NCBI GenBank assembly: GCA_964543905.1 | Contig: CAZIZO010000009.1 | Coordinates: 64,524-128,523 of the forward strand | Direction: 5' to 3' | Source: an uncultured Phycisphaeraceae bacterium | Lineage (GTDB): Bacteria > Planctomycetota > Phycisphaerae > Phycisphaerales > UBA1924 | DNA length: 64,000 nt | In this document: positions 1 through 9,341 of the stretch, in pieces | How the letters are laid out: the number at the start of each line of letters is the position of its first letter | Numbering within the stretch: position 1 is the stretch's first letter | Notes under the pieces: model-generated | What the model saw: the letters and a program-made list of their open reading frames with translations, nothing else | The model's database searches: none | Told to the model about the DNA's origin: nothing | Made by a program: the position numbers and the translations under genes

Positions 1-127
1 GTTCTCGTCGCCGTTCACGCCGATTTCATGCCCACTTCTCGTTTCTGATATAGAATTGACCTCAACGAGATCGCGTGCACGTCCACGCGCCGCCATCACG
101 CGTGGCATCGTTCCGAGGAGAGAAGAA

Positions 128-895
128 ATGCAGAACTTGTCCCGCACCACGTTGTCGTCCATCGCGCTCGCGGCGACGGCGCTCGCGTGCGCCGCCCCGG
201 CGCGCGCCGACACCGCGTCCCTTGGCGCTTCCAAAGACAACACCCTCTACGAAACGCCCACCGGCTCCACCAGCAACGGCGCGGGCAACTTCCTCTTTGC
301 GGGTCGAAACTCCACCCCCACCAACAGCATCCGCCGCGGGCTGCTCGCCTTTGATCTCTCGTCCATCCCCGCGGGCTCCACCATCCATGCCGTGACCCTC
401 ACCCTGCATCAAGACTCTCCGCACCTGACTCCCGAATCCATTTCCATCCATCGTCTCCTCGAAGGATGGGGTGAAGGCACCAGTTCAGGCCTCGGCAGCG
501 GTGGACCCGCCACTCCGGGCGATGCCACCTGGCTCCACCGCGCGTTCAACACCCAGTTCTGGTCCACGCCCGGCGGTACCTTCGCTCCCGCCCCCTCGGC
601 CACCACCTCCGTCGGGGGCAACGGCTTCTACACCTGGTCCAGCCCTGCCTTGATCGCCGATGTCCAAGCCTTCGTGAACAACCCCAGCGGAAACTACGGT
701 TGGATCATCCTCGGCAACGAAGGTGCCGCGAGTTCCGCAAAGCGATTTCACACACGCGAAGAAACTGAGGCGTCGTTCCGACCGAACCTGACTATTGATT
801 ACACGCCTGTCCCCACACCAGGGGTGGTCGCTCTGGGGCTGGCGTGCGCAGGGGGTGTTTCTGTTCGTCGGGCCCGTGGTAAGGTCCGGCTCTAG
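128..895 (+). CDS. secreted DNTLYE-motif (DNRLRE-like) domain protein with PEP-CTERM-like C-terminal anchor
   Basis: Track ORF 56..895. GAGGAG lies about 8 nt before ATG128. Signal peptide MQNLSRTTLSSIALAATALACAAPARA. A ~190-aa domain (SKDNTLYE..IRRGLLAFDLS..HRLLEGWGEG..PGDATWLHR..VQAFVNNPSGNYGWIILGNE..AKRFHTRE) is paralogous to the N-terminus of the next gene. The protein ends PVPTPGVVALGLACAGGVSVRRARG, i.e. Pro-x-Pro, a hydrophobic helix and an Arg cluster, which is the PEP-CTERM-type layout. Confidence 0.7.
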   Translation: MQNLSRTTLSSIALAATALACAAPARADTASLGASKDNTLYETPTGSTSNGAGNFLFAGRNSTPTNSIRRGLLAFDLSSIPAGSTIHAVTLTLHQDSPHLTPESISIHRLLEGWGEGTSSGLGSGGPATPGDATWLHRAFNTQFWSTPGGTFAPAPSATTSVGGNGFYTWSSPALIADVQAFVNNPSGNYGWIILGNEGAASSAKRFHTREETEASFRPNLTIDYTPVPTPGVVALGLACAGGVSVRRARGKVRL

Positions 896-907
896 TGAGG
901 TGTTCTG

Positions 908-3556
908 ATGCGTCGGAAAAACCCGGTTCGTCCCCTGACCCGCTTCCTCCGCGGCTGGGCTGTTCTTCTCGCCTCTCTCGCGGCCGCGGGCTCGGTCTTC
1001 GCGCAGCCCGCCTCCGTCACCCTCCCCGCTTCCAAGGACAACACCCTCTACGACGAGATCGACGGCCTCATCAGCAACGGCAAGGGCCAGCACTTCTTCG
1101 TCGGGACCAATAACTCCGGCAACATCCGCCGCGGCGTTATCGCCTTCGACACGTCCATCATTCCCCCGGGCTCGACCGTCACCGCCGCCACGCTCCGTTT
1201 GAGCATGTCTCGAACCAGAGCCGGCAACCAGCAGGTCACCCTCCACCGCCTGACCACCGATTGGGGTGAGGGCGATTCCCGAGGTTTCGGCGAAGAGGGC
1301 GCGGGCAACGCCTCGGAACCGGGCGACGCCACGTGGATCCACCGCTTCTTCAACAACGTCTTCTGGACCACGCGCGGAGGGGACTTCGTCGCGACCCCCA
1401 GCGCCACCACCACCGTCGGGGGCACCGGCTTCTACAACTGGTCCGGGGCGGGCGTCGTCGCCAACGTTCAGGCCTGGGTCAACGACCCGTCCTCCAACTT
1501 CGGCTGGCTCCTCAAGACCAACGAACTCTCCAACCCCACGGCCAAGCGGTTCGATACACGCCAGAACCTCCTGTCCAACCTTCAGCCGTCCCTCTCGGTG
1601 ACCTACACGCCCCCTCCGACTGCCGGTGCCTGCTGCCTCCTCACCGGCGCCTGCGTCGTCACCACGAGCGAACTCTGCGCCGCACGGGGCGGGTCGTTCC
1701 GCGGCGCCGGCACCACCTGCACCCCCAACCCCTGCGCCCAGCCTACGGGCGCGTGCTGCCTTCCCAGCGGCCTCTGCACCGTCGTGACGCAGCCCCAATG
1801 CCTCGCCCAGTCCGGCGTCTACCAGGGCGACAGCGTCCCGTGTTCGGGTGTCTCTTGCCCGATCATCCTCACGCCCTTTGTCGATCCCCTGCCCATCCCG
1901 GGCGTGATGCAACCCACCACCGGCACGCCGGGCGACACCGCCCACTACGACATCGCCATCCGCGAGGTCTGGCAGCGATTCCACCGCGACCTTCCCGTCT
2001 CCCGCGTCTGGGGCTATCAGGGCACCTACCCCGCGAACACCATCGAGGCACGACGCGGGCGACCCGTCACCGTGACCTGGACCAACGACATCCGCGACGA
2101 GTTGGGCGACATCCGCACCACCCACTTCCTCAACGTCGATACCTGCCTCCACGGGCCCGACATGTTCGGCGACGCCCCGCTCACCGTCACCCATCTCCAC
2201 GGCGGCGTGGTCTCGCCCGGGAGCGACGGCCCGCCCGAGGAGGGCTTCCCACCCGGCGAATCCTCCCCGCTCTACACCTACCCCAACACCCAGCGCGCCG
2301 GCACGCTCTGGTTCCACGACCACGCCCTCGGCCTCACCCGCCTGAACGTCTACATGGGCCTCGCCGGGTTCTATCTCCTCCGAGACGACCAGGAACTCGC
2401 GCTCAACCTCCCGCGTGGACAATACGAGATTCCTCTCGCCATCCAGGACCGCTCCTTCAAGCCCGACGGCTCGCTCTCCTACCCCGACATGTGGCATGAA
2501 CACTTCTTCGGCGAGTTCGTCGTCGTCAATGGCAAGGTCTGGCCCTTCCTGGAAGTCGACCAGGGCAAGTACCGCTTCCGCCTGCTCAACGGCAGCGGCA
2601 GCCGCGCGTACACCTTGTCCCTCTCGACGGGCGCCCCCTTCTGGCAGATCGGGACCGACCTGGGGTTGCTCCCCGCGCCGGTCGCCCGCTTTGAGATCAC
2701 GCTCCTCCCGGGCGAACGGGCCGACGTCATCATGGACTTCGCCTCGCTCCCCGCGGGGACGGAGGTCATCCTCAACAACTCCGCGCCGGCCCCGTACCCG
2801 GGCAACCCGGGGGTGGGGGTCATTCCCAACGTGATGAAGTTCATCGTGCGCGGGCAGGCCGGGTTCACCGCGCCGCTGCCCACGACGCTGGTGCCCGTGC
2901 CGCGCATCCCGGAGGCCCACGCCTCGCGCACGCGCGACTTCGTGCTCCAGATGACGCCCATGCAGACCAACTGCGGGCCGATGAACATGTGGACCATCAA
3001 CGGGCTGGGGTGGGACGACATCACCGAGTATCCGCGTGCGGATTCCATCGAAATCTGGCGCTGGATCAACCGCTCGGGATTCTCGCACCCCATGCACATG
3101 CACCTGGTCTCGTTCCAGGTCCTGGATCGCCAGGATTTCGCGATCGTCAACAACCAGATCGTGCCGGTGGGCCCTCGCATCCCGCCCCTGCCCAATGAGG
3201 CTGGGTGGAAGGACACCGTGCACGCCACGCCCAACCAGATCACCCGCGTCATCACGCGCTTCGAGGGTGGATTCACCGGCACGTATCCCTACCACTGCCA
3301 CATCCTGGAACACGAGGACAACGAGATGATGCGCCAGTTCACCGTCGTCTGCCCCGCCGACTACGACGACGGCAGCGGGCTGGGCGTCCCCGACGGGGGG
3401 ATCACGATCGACGACCTGCTGTACTACCTCGACGTCTATTCGCAGGGGGCGATCGCCGCCGACCTCGACGACGGGAGCGGCACGGGCCTGCCCGACGGCG
3501 GCGTCACGATCGACGACCTGCTGTACTACCTCGTGCGCTACGCGGGCGGGTGCTGA
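908..3556 (+). CDS. multicopper oxidase (CotA/bilirubin-oxidase-like) with N-terminal DNTLYD domain, two 6-Cys modules and C-terminal tandem GC-dockerin-like module
   Basis: GAGGTG precedes ATG908, 12 nt after the upstream stop. Signal peptide MRRKNPVRPLTRFLRGWAVLLASLAAAGSVFAQ. Cu-site motifs are present: THLHGG, WFHDHA, HPMHMHL, HCHILEHEDNEMM. C-terminus: CPADYDDGSGLGVPDGGITIDDLLYYLDVYSQGAIAADLDDGSGTGLPDGGVTIDDLLYYLVRYAGGC-stop. Confidence 0.9.
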   Translation: MRRKNPVRPLTRFLRGWAVLLASLAAAGSVFAQPASVTLPASKDNTLYDEIDGLISNGKGQHFFVGTNNSGNIRRGVIAFDTSIIPPGSTVTAATLRLSMSRTRAGNQQVTLHRLTTDWGEGDSRGFGEEGAGNASEPGDATWIHRFFNNVFWTTRGGDFVATPSATTTVGGTGFYNWSGAGVVANVQAWVNDPSSNFGWLLKTNELSNPTAKRFDTRQNLLSNLQPSLSVTYTPPPTAGACCLLTGACVVTTSELCAARGGSFRGAGTTCTPNPCAQPTGACCLPSGLCTVVTQPQCLAQSGVYQGDSVPCSGVSCPIILTPFVDPLPIPGVMQPTTGTPGDTAHYDIAIREVWQRFHRDLPVSRVWGYQGTYPANTIEARRGRPVTVTWTNDIRDELGDIRTTHFLNVDTCLHGPDMFGDAPLTVTHLHGGVVSPGSDGPPEEGFPPGESSPLYTYPNTQRAGTLWFHDHALGLTRLNVYMGLAGFYLLRDDQELALNLPRGQYEIPLAIQDRSFKPDGSLSYPDMWHEHFFGEFVVVNGKVWPFLEVDQGKYRFRLLNGSGSRAYTLSLSTGAPFWQIGTDLGLLPAPVARFEITLLPGERADVIMDFASLPAGTEVILNNSAPAPYPGNPGVGVIPNVMKFIVRGQAGFTAPLPTTLVPVPRIPEAHASRTRDFVLQMTPMQTNCGPMNMWTINGLGWDDITEYPRADSIEIWRWINRSGFSHPMHMHLVSFQVLDRQDFAIVNNQIVPVGPRIPPLPNEAGWKDTVHATPNQITRVITRFEGGFTGTYPYHCHILEHEDNEMMRQFTVVCPADYDDGSGLGVPDGGITIDDLLYYLDVYSQGAIAADLDDGSGTGLPDGGVTIDDLLYYLVRYAGGC

Positions 3557-3559
3557 GCC

Positions 3560-4825
3560 TCACGTCGGCGCGATCACGCCCCCGAGACGATCCACGCGGG
3601 TACGGAGGCTGTCCAGCACGTTCATGAAGTTGATGTAGGAGTCGTAGGGGGATTCGTACGGGCTGAAGTACTGGTGCACATCGCCGTCGGCGAACCACTT
3701 GGTGCTCATGTAATACGCATGGTCGCTGGTGGTCAGGCGACGCCAGTCGAGGAGGATCGCGCGGGCGATCGCCTCGGCCTGACCTCCCGCGCGCAAGACC
3801 AGGTGCTTGATGGGCTTCTCGAGGGCGAAGAGTTCGGCGAGCGCATTCTGCTGCATCGCGTTGCCGCACCAGGCCGAGGTGTCCCGCTCGGTATCGGCCC
3901 ACGAGGTCGGGTTGGGGACGTCGAGCACGGCCCGGGTCTGGTGCTCGCGGGCCACCTCGCTGGGGGTGAGGAATCGCGTGCCGCGCTGGGCGAGGACGGC
4001 GCTCGGCAGGCCGGCGAGGAACTCGAAGATGCCCGTGTCGGACCACTGGTGCTCGCCGAAGGTCTCGAAGTCCATGAACAGGTTGACGACCTCGTCGGCC
4101 TTCTCGCGGGCGATCGCCTGGGCGAAGCCCTTGGGCGTGAGGGGCCAGCCCTCCCAGGCCCGATTCGAAAAGCGGAAGGCGATGTCGTCGCTGAGGCGGT
4201 AGTTCTTGGTCAGGAGCGCGAAGGGGCGTCCGTCGCGCCCGCGCACGTCGCCCGGTGGGCGATAGACCCACCCGGCCGATCGTCGTGCCAGTTCTCTCAC
4301 CGTGCCCTCGCAGAGCATCGCGTTGAACATTCCCTTGCCCGAGGCGTCCTGGAGGGCGGCGACCTGGCCGGCGATCGCGTTGCTGTAGAGCAGTTCGGTG
4401 TTGCGGAAGACGGTGGGGGTGTGCCCGAAGACGGCATGGACCTTGCGGACGTGCAGGCGCACCTGATCCTCGAACTCGGCGGGCGAGTAGAGGCTGGCCA
4501 GGGAGTGGTGGTACGTTTCGCCCAGGAGTTCGACGTGCCCGGTCGCCACGAGGGCGCGGAAACTCTCGAGCGCGTCTGGGGCGAAGGACTCCATCTGCTC
4601 CAGGGCCGTGCCCGAGAGGGAGAAGGCGATGCGGAACGCGCCGGCGTGACGGCGAACCTGCTCGAGGAGGACACGCGTCGCGGGGCGGTAGCACTTCTCG
4701 GCCACCTTTCGCATGATCTCGGCGTTCTTCGCGTCGTCGAAGTAGCGCTCGTCGGTGTCAAAGACGCTGTACCGGCGCAACCGGTGCGGCTGATGGACCT
4801 GGAAGTAGAAGCAGACGGCGGGCAT
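3560..4825 (-). CDS. glycoside hydrolase family 57-like protein (alpha-amylase/glucan-processing type)
   Basis: N-terminus MPAVCFYFQVHQPHRLRRYSVFD plus FMDFETFGEHQW, typical of GH57-type enzymes as I recall them. ATG start. Convergent with the MCO gene, 3 nt apart. Confidence 0.8.
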   Translation of the reverse strand: MPAVCFYFQVHQPHRLRRYSVFDTDERYFDDAKNAEIMRKVAEKCYRPATRVLLEQVRRHAGAFRIAFSLSGTALEQMESFAPDALESFRALVATGHVELLGETYHHSLASLYSPAEFEDQVRLHVRKVHAVFGHTPTVFRNTELLYSNAIAGQVAALQDASGKGMFNAMLCEGTVRELARRSAGWVYRPPGDVRGRDGRPFALLTKNYRLSDDIAFRFSNRAWEGWPLTPKGFAQAIAREKADEVVNLFMDFETFGEHQWSDTGIFEFLAGLPSAVLAQRGTRFLTPSEVAREHQTRAVLDVPNPTSWADTERDTSAWCGNAMQQNALAELFALEKPIKHLVLRAGGQAEAIARAILLDWRRLTTSDHAYYMSTKWFADGDVHQYFSPYESPYDSYINFMNVLDSLRTRVDRLGGVIAPT

Positions 4826-4900
4826 CGTAAGGCCAGAGCGTAGCGGCGATGATCGGGCGCGAGCAGCGTGCCGTCCGCCTGAGGAGGGACGGGGCGTCGC

Positions 4901-6025
4901 CTAACTCTTGACGAGGCTGGTCGAGGCGATGGCGATGGGGGCGAGCACGAGCACGGGCACAAAGGCCGAGATCATGGGGGGCAGGGCGGGAATGGGCGTC
5001 ATCGCGCCGAGCGTGCCGCCGACGAGGGTGGTGATCGCCACGGGCGAGCAGAGGAGCGCCTGGACGAGCATGTTGGAGGGCTCGCGCCGGAGGAAAAAGG
5101 GCGTGCAGATGACCAGCGCGAGGAGGTTGCACAGGACGAGCGAGGGACGGGACCAGCGGATCTGATCGAGGCGGTTGATGCGGGACTGCTCGGCCCCTTG
5201 CGCGCGGTAACTTCGCATCATCTCGGTGAGCCGGCCCGTGCTGAGGTTTTGCACGTACGCCTCGAAACGGCGGAGGGTGAGGGTGTCGGGGTCCAGGTCG
5301 GTCTCGATCGCCTCTTGCGGGCGGGTCACGAGCGCGCCCTTTTCCCGAAAGTCCGCTCGGCCCTCGGTCAGACGCCAGGCGCCGTTCTCCCAGCGTGCGG
5401 ACGTTGCCGTGATGCGTCGCGTGAGGAGCCCCTCGGCGTCGCGCTCCCAGACGTAGAGCCCGCGGAGTTCCTTCGTGTTGGGGTCGAAGTGGTCGGAATA
5501 AAAGACGCGACCCTTGGCGTCGGGAATGAGGCGGATCTGGAGGAGATCAATCTCGTGCTTTCCGGCATCGCCCTTGTCGCGCGTGAGGAGCGGGGCCAAT
5601 CGCGGGATGACCAGTTCGCGGTCGAGCACCTGGAGGAAACAGAGGGCGGCGGCGACGACCAGGATGGGACGGGCGACGTTCCAGAGGCTGATGCCGCCCG
5701 CGAGGCAGGCGACCAACTCCCGATGACGGGCCATCTGCGAGTGCGTGAAGCCCATCGCGCCCACAAGGACGAAGCCGAGGAGGTAGGAATAGAGCAGGAA
5801 CGCACGGGGCCACCAAAGGTCGAACATGAGGTACGACATCAGGCCCAAGCGTCGCAGCAGGCCCCACACGCCCGGAACCTTTCCCAACTGCTCGTTCGCG
5901 ATCCGGGCAAACTCGTCAAAGTTGAGCGAGAAATCGATCACCAGCACGAACGCGAACAAGATCGCGAAGAGCACGACCACGTTCACGAGGTACTGACGGG
6001 CGATGGTTCGAAAGAGAATCGACAT
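4901..6025 (-). CDS. LptF/LptG (YjgP/YjgQ) family permease
   Basis: MSILFRTIARQYLVNVVVLFAILFAFVLVIDF is the typical N-terminal TM segment. There is a large periplasmic loop and C-terminal TM helices. Same strand as lptB. The track start at 6058 is TTG; I prefer ATG at 6025. Confidence 0.75.
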   Translation of the reverse strand: MSILFRTIARQYLVNVVVLFAILFAFVLVIDFSLNFDEFARIANEQLGKVPGVWGLLRRLGLMSYLMFDLWWPRAFLLYSYLLGFVLVGAMGFTHSQMARHRELVACLAGGISLWNVARPILVVAAALCFLQVLDRELVIPRLAPLLTRDKGDAGKHEIDLLQIRLIPDAKGRVFYSDHFDPNTKELRGLYVWERDAEGLLTRRITATSARWENGAWRLTEGRADFREKGALVTRPQEAIETDLDPDTLTLRRFEAYVQNLSTGRLTEMMRSYRAQGAEQSRINRLDQIRWSRPSLVLCNLLALVICTPFFLRREPSNMLVQALLCSPVAITTLVGGTLGAMTPIPALPPMISAFVPVLVLAPIAIASTSLVKS

Positions 6026-6088
6026 GGGAAACCGAGGACCGTGCTCAAGACTCCGCAAGCAAGACGATGATCGAAGCGTCGGCGAAAA

Positions 6089-6787
6089 CTACTCCGGGCG
6101 AGTGGGCGGCGTGACGGCGCTCGGGTGCGGCGACCGGGGCGCGAACTTCCACCAGAGAAGTTCGGCGAGAGCATACGCGAAGGCGGCGGCGGCCACGACG
6201 TCGGACGTGAAATGGGCGCCGGTGAGGAGTCGCGTGAGGCCCGTGCCACACGCCGCGGGAACGAGCACCCACCGCACGCCCGGGTACAGGCGGGCGAGCA
6301 TGAACGCGGCGCCGAACGCGACGCCCGCGTGGCTGCTCACGGTGCCCAGGGGGGGCTTCACCGCGGCCATGGGCCAGTCGAAGGCGTACACGCCCAACTC
6401 GCCCGGGCGCTGGCGGCGAATAGCCAACTTGAGGAGTTCGGCGAGGAGCCCACCCAACCCGGACGAGAAGATGACCAGGAGTCCCCGGCGTGCCCAGTCG
6501 TCCGCGCGGCGCGCGCGATCCGCGAGCATGATCGCCGCCCCCGCGCCGATCCACAGGGGCCAATAGCCCAGTTGGCGGAGGGCCTGATACCAGTCCCGGC
6601 GCTCCATCGCGGCGCGAGCGGCGTCGTCGGCGACCTTGAGCCCCTTCCAGAGTTCGTGGTCGAGCATGGACGCGATGACCACCGCGCCCAGCCATGCCCC
6701 AGCGATCACCCAGCCACGCCGTGTCAACGGACCTCCATCGGCTTGCCTCGACCTCCGCCCTGCCGAGCATGCTTCAATCGAACTCAT
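6089..6787 (-). CDS. PAP2-family phosphatase (membrane)
   Basis: Motifs KLAIRRQRP ... SSHAGVAFGAAF ... TRLLTGAHFTSDV match the PAP2 signature KxxxxxxRP / PSGH / SRxxxxxHxxxD. The upstream part of track ORF 6089..7012 overlaps lptB, so the start is placed at ATG6787. The start is uncertain. Confidence 0.65.
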   Translation of the reverse strand: MSSIEACSAGRRSRQADGGPLTRRGWVIAGAWLGAVVIASMLDHELWKGLKVADDAARAAMERRDWYQALRQLGYWPLWIGAGAAIMLADRARRADDWARRGLLVIFSSGLGGLLAELLKLAIRRQRPGELGVYAFDWPMAAVKPPLGTVSSHAGVAFGAAFMLARLYPGVRWVLVPAACGTGLTRLLTGAHFTSDVVAAAAFAYALAELLWWKFAPRSPHPSAVTPPTRPE

Positions 6788-7526
6788 CCCCGCGGAAGAG
6801 CGTGCCGAGGTAGACATTCTTGACGCGCTCGTCGTTGATGAGTTCCTTGGGCGTGCCCTCGGCGAACTTCCTGCCCGAATCGATGATGTACGCTCGGTCA
6901 CACACGCGCAGCGTCTGCTGCACGTTGTGATCGGTGATGAGGAACGCGATGCCCTTCTGGGCAAGGCGGCGGATCTCGGCCTGGAGGTCCTCGACGGCGA
7001 TGGGGTCCACACCGGAAAACGGCTCGTCGAGCAGGATCAGTTTGGGGTCGGTGGCCAGGGCGCGGGCGATCTCGAGTTTGCGGCGCTCGCCGCCGGAGCA
7101 CGTACGGGCGGCGTGCTTCGCCTTGTGGGTGAGGTTGAACTGGGCGAGGAGCGCGGCGGCGCGGGCCTTGCGTTCGCCGGAGGTCATCGGACGGGTTTCG
7201 AGGATCGCGAGGATGTTGTCCTCGCACGAGAGGCGACCGAACACGCTGGGCTCCTGGCTGAGGTAGCCCATGCCTCGACGCGCCCGCTTGTACATCGGGA
7301 GGTCGCTGACGTCCTGTCCGTCGAAGAGGACGCGCGAGGCCTGCCCGTCGGTCGCCGGGTCGGGGTCGATCATCCCGATCGACATGCGGAAACTCGTGGT
7401 CTTGCCCGCGCCGTTGCGTCCCAGGAGGCCAACGACCTCGGCCTTTTCGACCGTGAACGAGACATCGTCCACGACGACTCGGCTCGCGTAGGTCTTTCGG
7501 AGTTTGCGGGTTTCCAGGAGGGGCAT
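6774..7526 (-). CDS. lptB: LPS export ABC transporter ATP-binding protein LptB
   Basis: Walker A GRNGAGKTTSF, ABC signature CSGGERRKLEIARAL, Walker B LILLDEPFSGVDP. Length and the C-terminal YLG motif are typical of LptB. Confidence 0.9.
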   Translation of the reverse strand: MPLLETRKLRKTYASRVVVDDVSFTVEKAEVVGLLGRNGAGKTTSFRMSIGMIDPDPATDGQASRVLFDGQDVSDLPMYKRARRGMGYLSQEPSVFGRLSCEDNILAILETRPMTSGERKARAAALLAQFNLTHKAKHAARTCSGGERRKLEIARALATDPKLILLDEPFSGVDPIAVEDLQAEIRRLAQKGIAFLITDHNVQQTLRVCDRAYIIDSGRKFAEGTPKELINDERVKNVYLGTLFRGDEFD

Positions 7527-7568
7527 CGAGGGCGGAGTGTAGGTTTCACGCCGCCCGAGTGCCCCGCG

Positions 7569-8012
7569 TCATTTCACGAAGCGGAAGCACATGGGATAGC
7601 GGTAATAGCGCCCCTCGTTGGCGGCGCGGCTCGCCATGATGCCCGCCACGAGCGTGAGGATGAACAAGAATGGCCAGCCCACCCACCAGGCGAGGGTGAG
7701 CGTGGGGAAGCCCAGGAGGAAGATCGCCACGGAGTAGATGACGTGGGTGATCTGGAAGTTGAGCGCTTCCTTCCCGTGGTCATCGATGAACTTGGACTGG
7801 TCGCGCTTGACGAGCCAGAGCACCAGGACGAGCGCGAGGGGGAACGGGAGAGCCAGCCCCGCGTTGAGGAAGAGCGACGTGAGCATGCCGCCCAAGTGCA
7901 TCCACATCGTGTAGGTGCGCTCATCGGCCGACGGATTCGCCGAATGCGACTCCAGCGGCACCCCGGGACCGGGACCGGCACCCAACGTCGAGTTGGTTCC
8001 CATCGCTTCCAT
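7569..8012 (-). CDS. DUF4870-like small membrane protein
   Basis: Four hydrophobic segments. WLVKRDQSKFIDDHGKEALNFQITHVIY resembles the DUF4870 core as I recall it. ATG start preceded by GGAAAG. Confidence 0.55.
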   Translation of the reverse strand: MEAMGTNSTLGAGPGPGVPLESHSANPSADERTYTMWMHLGGMLTSLFLNAGLALPFPLALVLVLWLVKRDQSKFIDDHGKEALNFQITHVIYSVAIFLLGFPTLTLAWWVGWPFLFILTLVAGIMASRAANEGRYYRYPMCFRFVK

Positions 8013-8106
8013 AGGTGATTCTTTCCGGGTTTCGCGCGCGGAGTTTCAAGGTTCTCACTATCCTCTCCCCACGACCCGCACAAACCCCAGCCCGCCCTCC
8101 CCGAGC

Positions 8107-9252
8107 ATGTCCAAAGCCACGTCGAATCGACTCTCGAAACTTGAGGCTATACGCGGCCTCGCCGCCGCGTATGTGGCGATCGGCCACCTCGCGATCGAGT
8201 ACTACGGCGTTCGCCAGCCGGCGATCTTTGCCCAGGGCGCGGTGATGCTGTTTTTTATCATGTCGGGGTTTGTCATCTGTTATTCGACCGGGAAGATCGA
8301 GCCCGGACAATCTCCGCGCGGGGGCTTCAAGGACTATTTCATCAAGCGGTTCCGGCGCATCTTCCCCCTGTTTGGGATGGCGATGGGCCTGGGCTACCTG
8401 GCCGATTCCTACGCCGCGGGCTCCTGGTTGCCCGTGGATCGACGCACGCTGCTGGGCAACCTCGCGATGCTGCAGGACGCGCTGCACTTTAAGCCCGGCG
8501 TCTACGTTGACACCTTCCACAACGGCCCGGCATGGTCGCTCAGTTATGAGTGGTGGTATTACATGATGTTCTTCCCGCTCCTGATCGCGCCCGTCGCGTG
8601 GCGGGTACGGAAGTACATCGTCTTCGCGCTCGCCGCCCTCGCCTTCGTGTCGTCCGCCCTCGTGATTCCCGACGTGAGGAACCTGCTGGGACTCGGCGCG
8701 TGGCAATCCTTCGGCTTTGCCAACTTCCTGCTGCTCTTCCCGGTGTGGTGGGCGGGCGTGGAGATGGCGCGGGAGTATCAGGAAACCACGCGGGTCACGA
8801 TCCTGCGTCAACTCCCCAGCGTCGTCGTCCTGTGGATCTTCACCTTCGCCTTCGCGGCGTGGTACGCCATGCCCCAGCACCACCTGTATGCCGACGTCGG
8901 GGGCGTGGAGCGCGAGATGAAGTTCGAGGCGGGGGAACTGAAGCACTTCGGCTTTGCCGCCGTGCTGCTCACGGGGGGTCTGCTGTGGAACGCGCTGGGC
9001 TGGCCGCTGTTCGACAAGACCGTCGGGGTCTTTGAGCGGCTGGCGCCGATCTCGTATGGCATCTACATCATCCACATGCCGGTGCTCTTCGCGCTCAAGG
9101 CCTCGCCGCTGCATGAATACCCGTGGCTCTTCGCGCCGGCGTTCCTCGTCGGGGTGGGGCTGCTGTCGTACCTCCTCGAAGTCGTGGTGCAGGGGTGGAT
9201 CAATTCGGCCACCAGACCGCTGCTCTCGCGCTCGGGCCCGCCCCGGGCGTAA
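8107..9252 (+). CDS. acyltransferase family 3 (O-acyltransferase) membrane protein
   Basis: MSKATSNRLSKLEAIRGLAAAYVAIGH is the characteristic N-terminus (R-x-x-x-LD/E-x-x-RG-x-A-A). About 10 TM helices. The track ORF start at 7915 overlaps the divergent gene, so ATG8107 is used. Confidence 0.8.
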   Translation: MSKATSNRLSKLEAIRGLAAAYVAIGHLAIEYYGVRQPAIFAQGAVMLFFIMSGFVICYSTGKIEPGQSPRGGFKDYFIKRFRRIFPLFGMAMGLGYLADSYAAGSWLPVDRRTLLGNLAMLQDALHFKPGVYVDTFHNGPAWSLSYEWWYYMMFFPLLIAPVAWRVRKYIVFALAALAFVSSALVIPDVRNLLGLGAWQSFGFANFLLLFPVWWAGVEMAREYQETTRVTILRQLPSVVVLWIFTFAFAAWYAMPQHHLYADVGGVEREMKFEAGELKHFGFAAVLLTGGLLWNALGWPLFDKTVGVFERLAPISYGIYIIHMPVLFALKASPLHEYPWLFAPAFLVGVGLLSYLLEVVVQGWINSATRPLLSRSGPPRA

Positions 9253-9341
9253 CGCATGAGGCCGAACTCAGGCAACCGCCGGGCGCGAATGACGTACGGT
9301 GCGAGTAAACTGCTTCACGTTCGCACAAACAGGGGAAGACC

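Noticed and set aside
1-48. Possible 3' end of an upstream + strand CDS (..VLVAVHADFMPTSRF-stop)
   Set aside because: Only 15 codons are visible, so it cannot be supported. The TAGAAT at 51-56 after it could be a -10 element for gene 128-895, but no convincing -35 is present.
485-3313. 942-aa ORF on the minus strand, the longest ORF in this region
   Set aside because: It is antisense to the multicopper-oxidase gene, which has four intact Cu motifs, a signal peptide and an SD. The antisense translation is Arg/Gly/Asp/Val/Glu-rich low-complexity sequence with no motif. This is the typical GC-rich shadow ORF.
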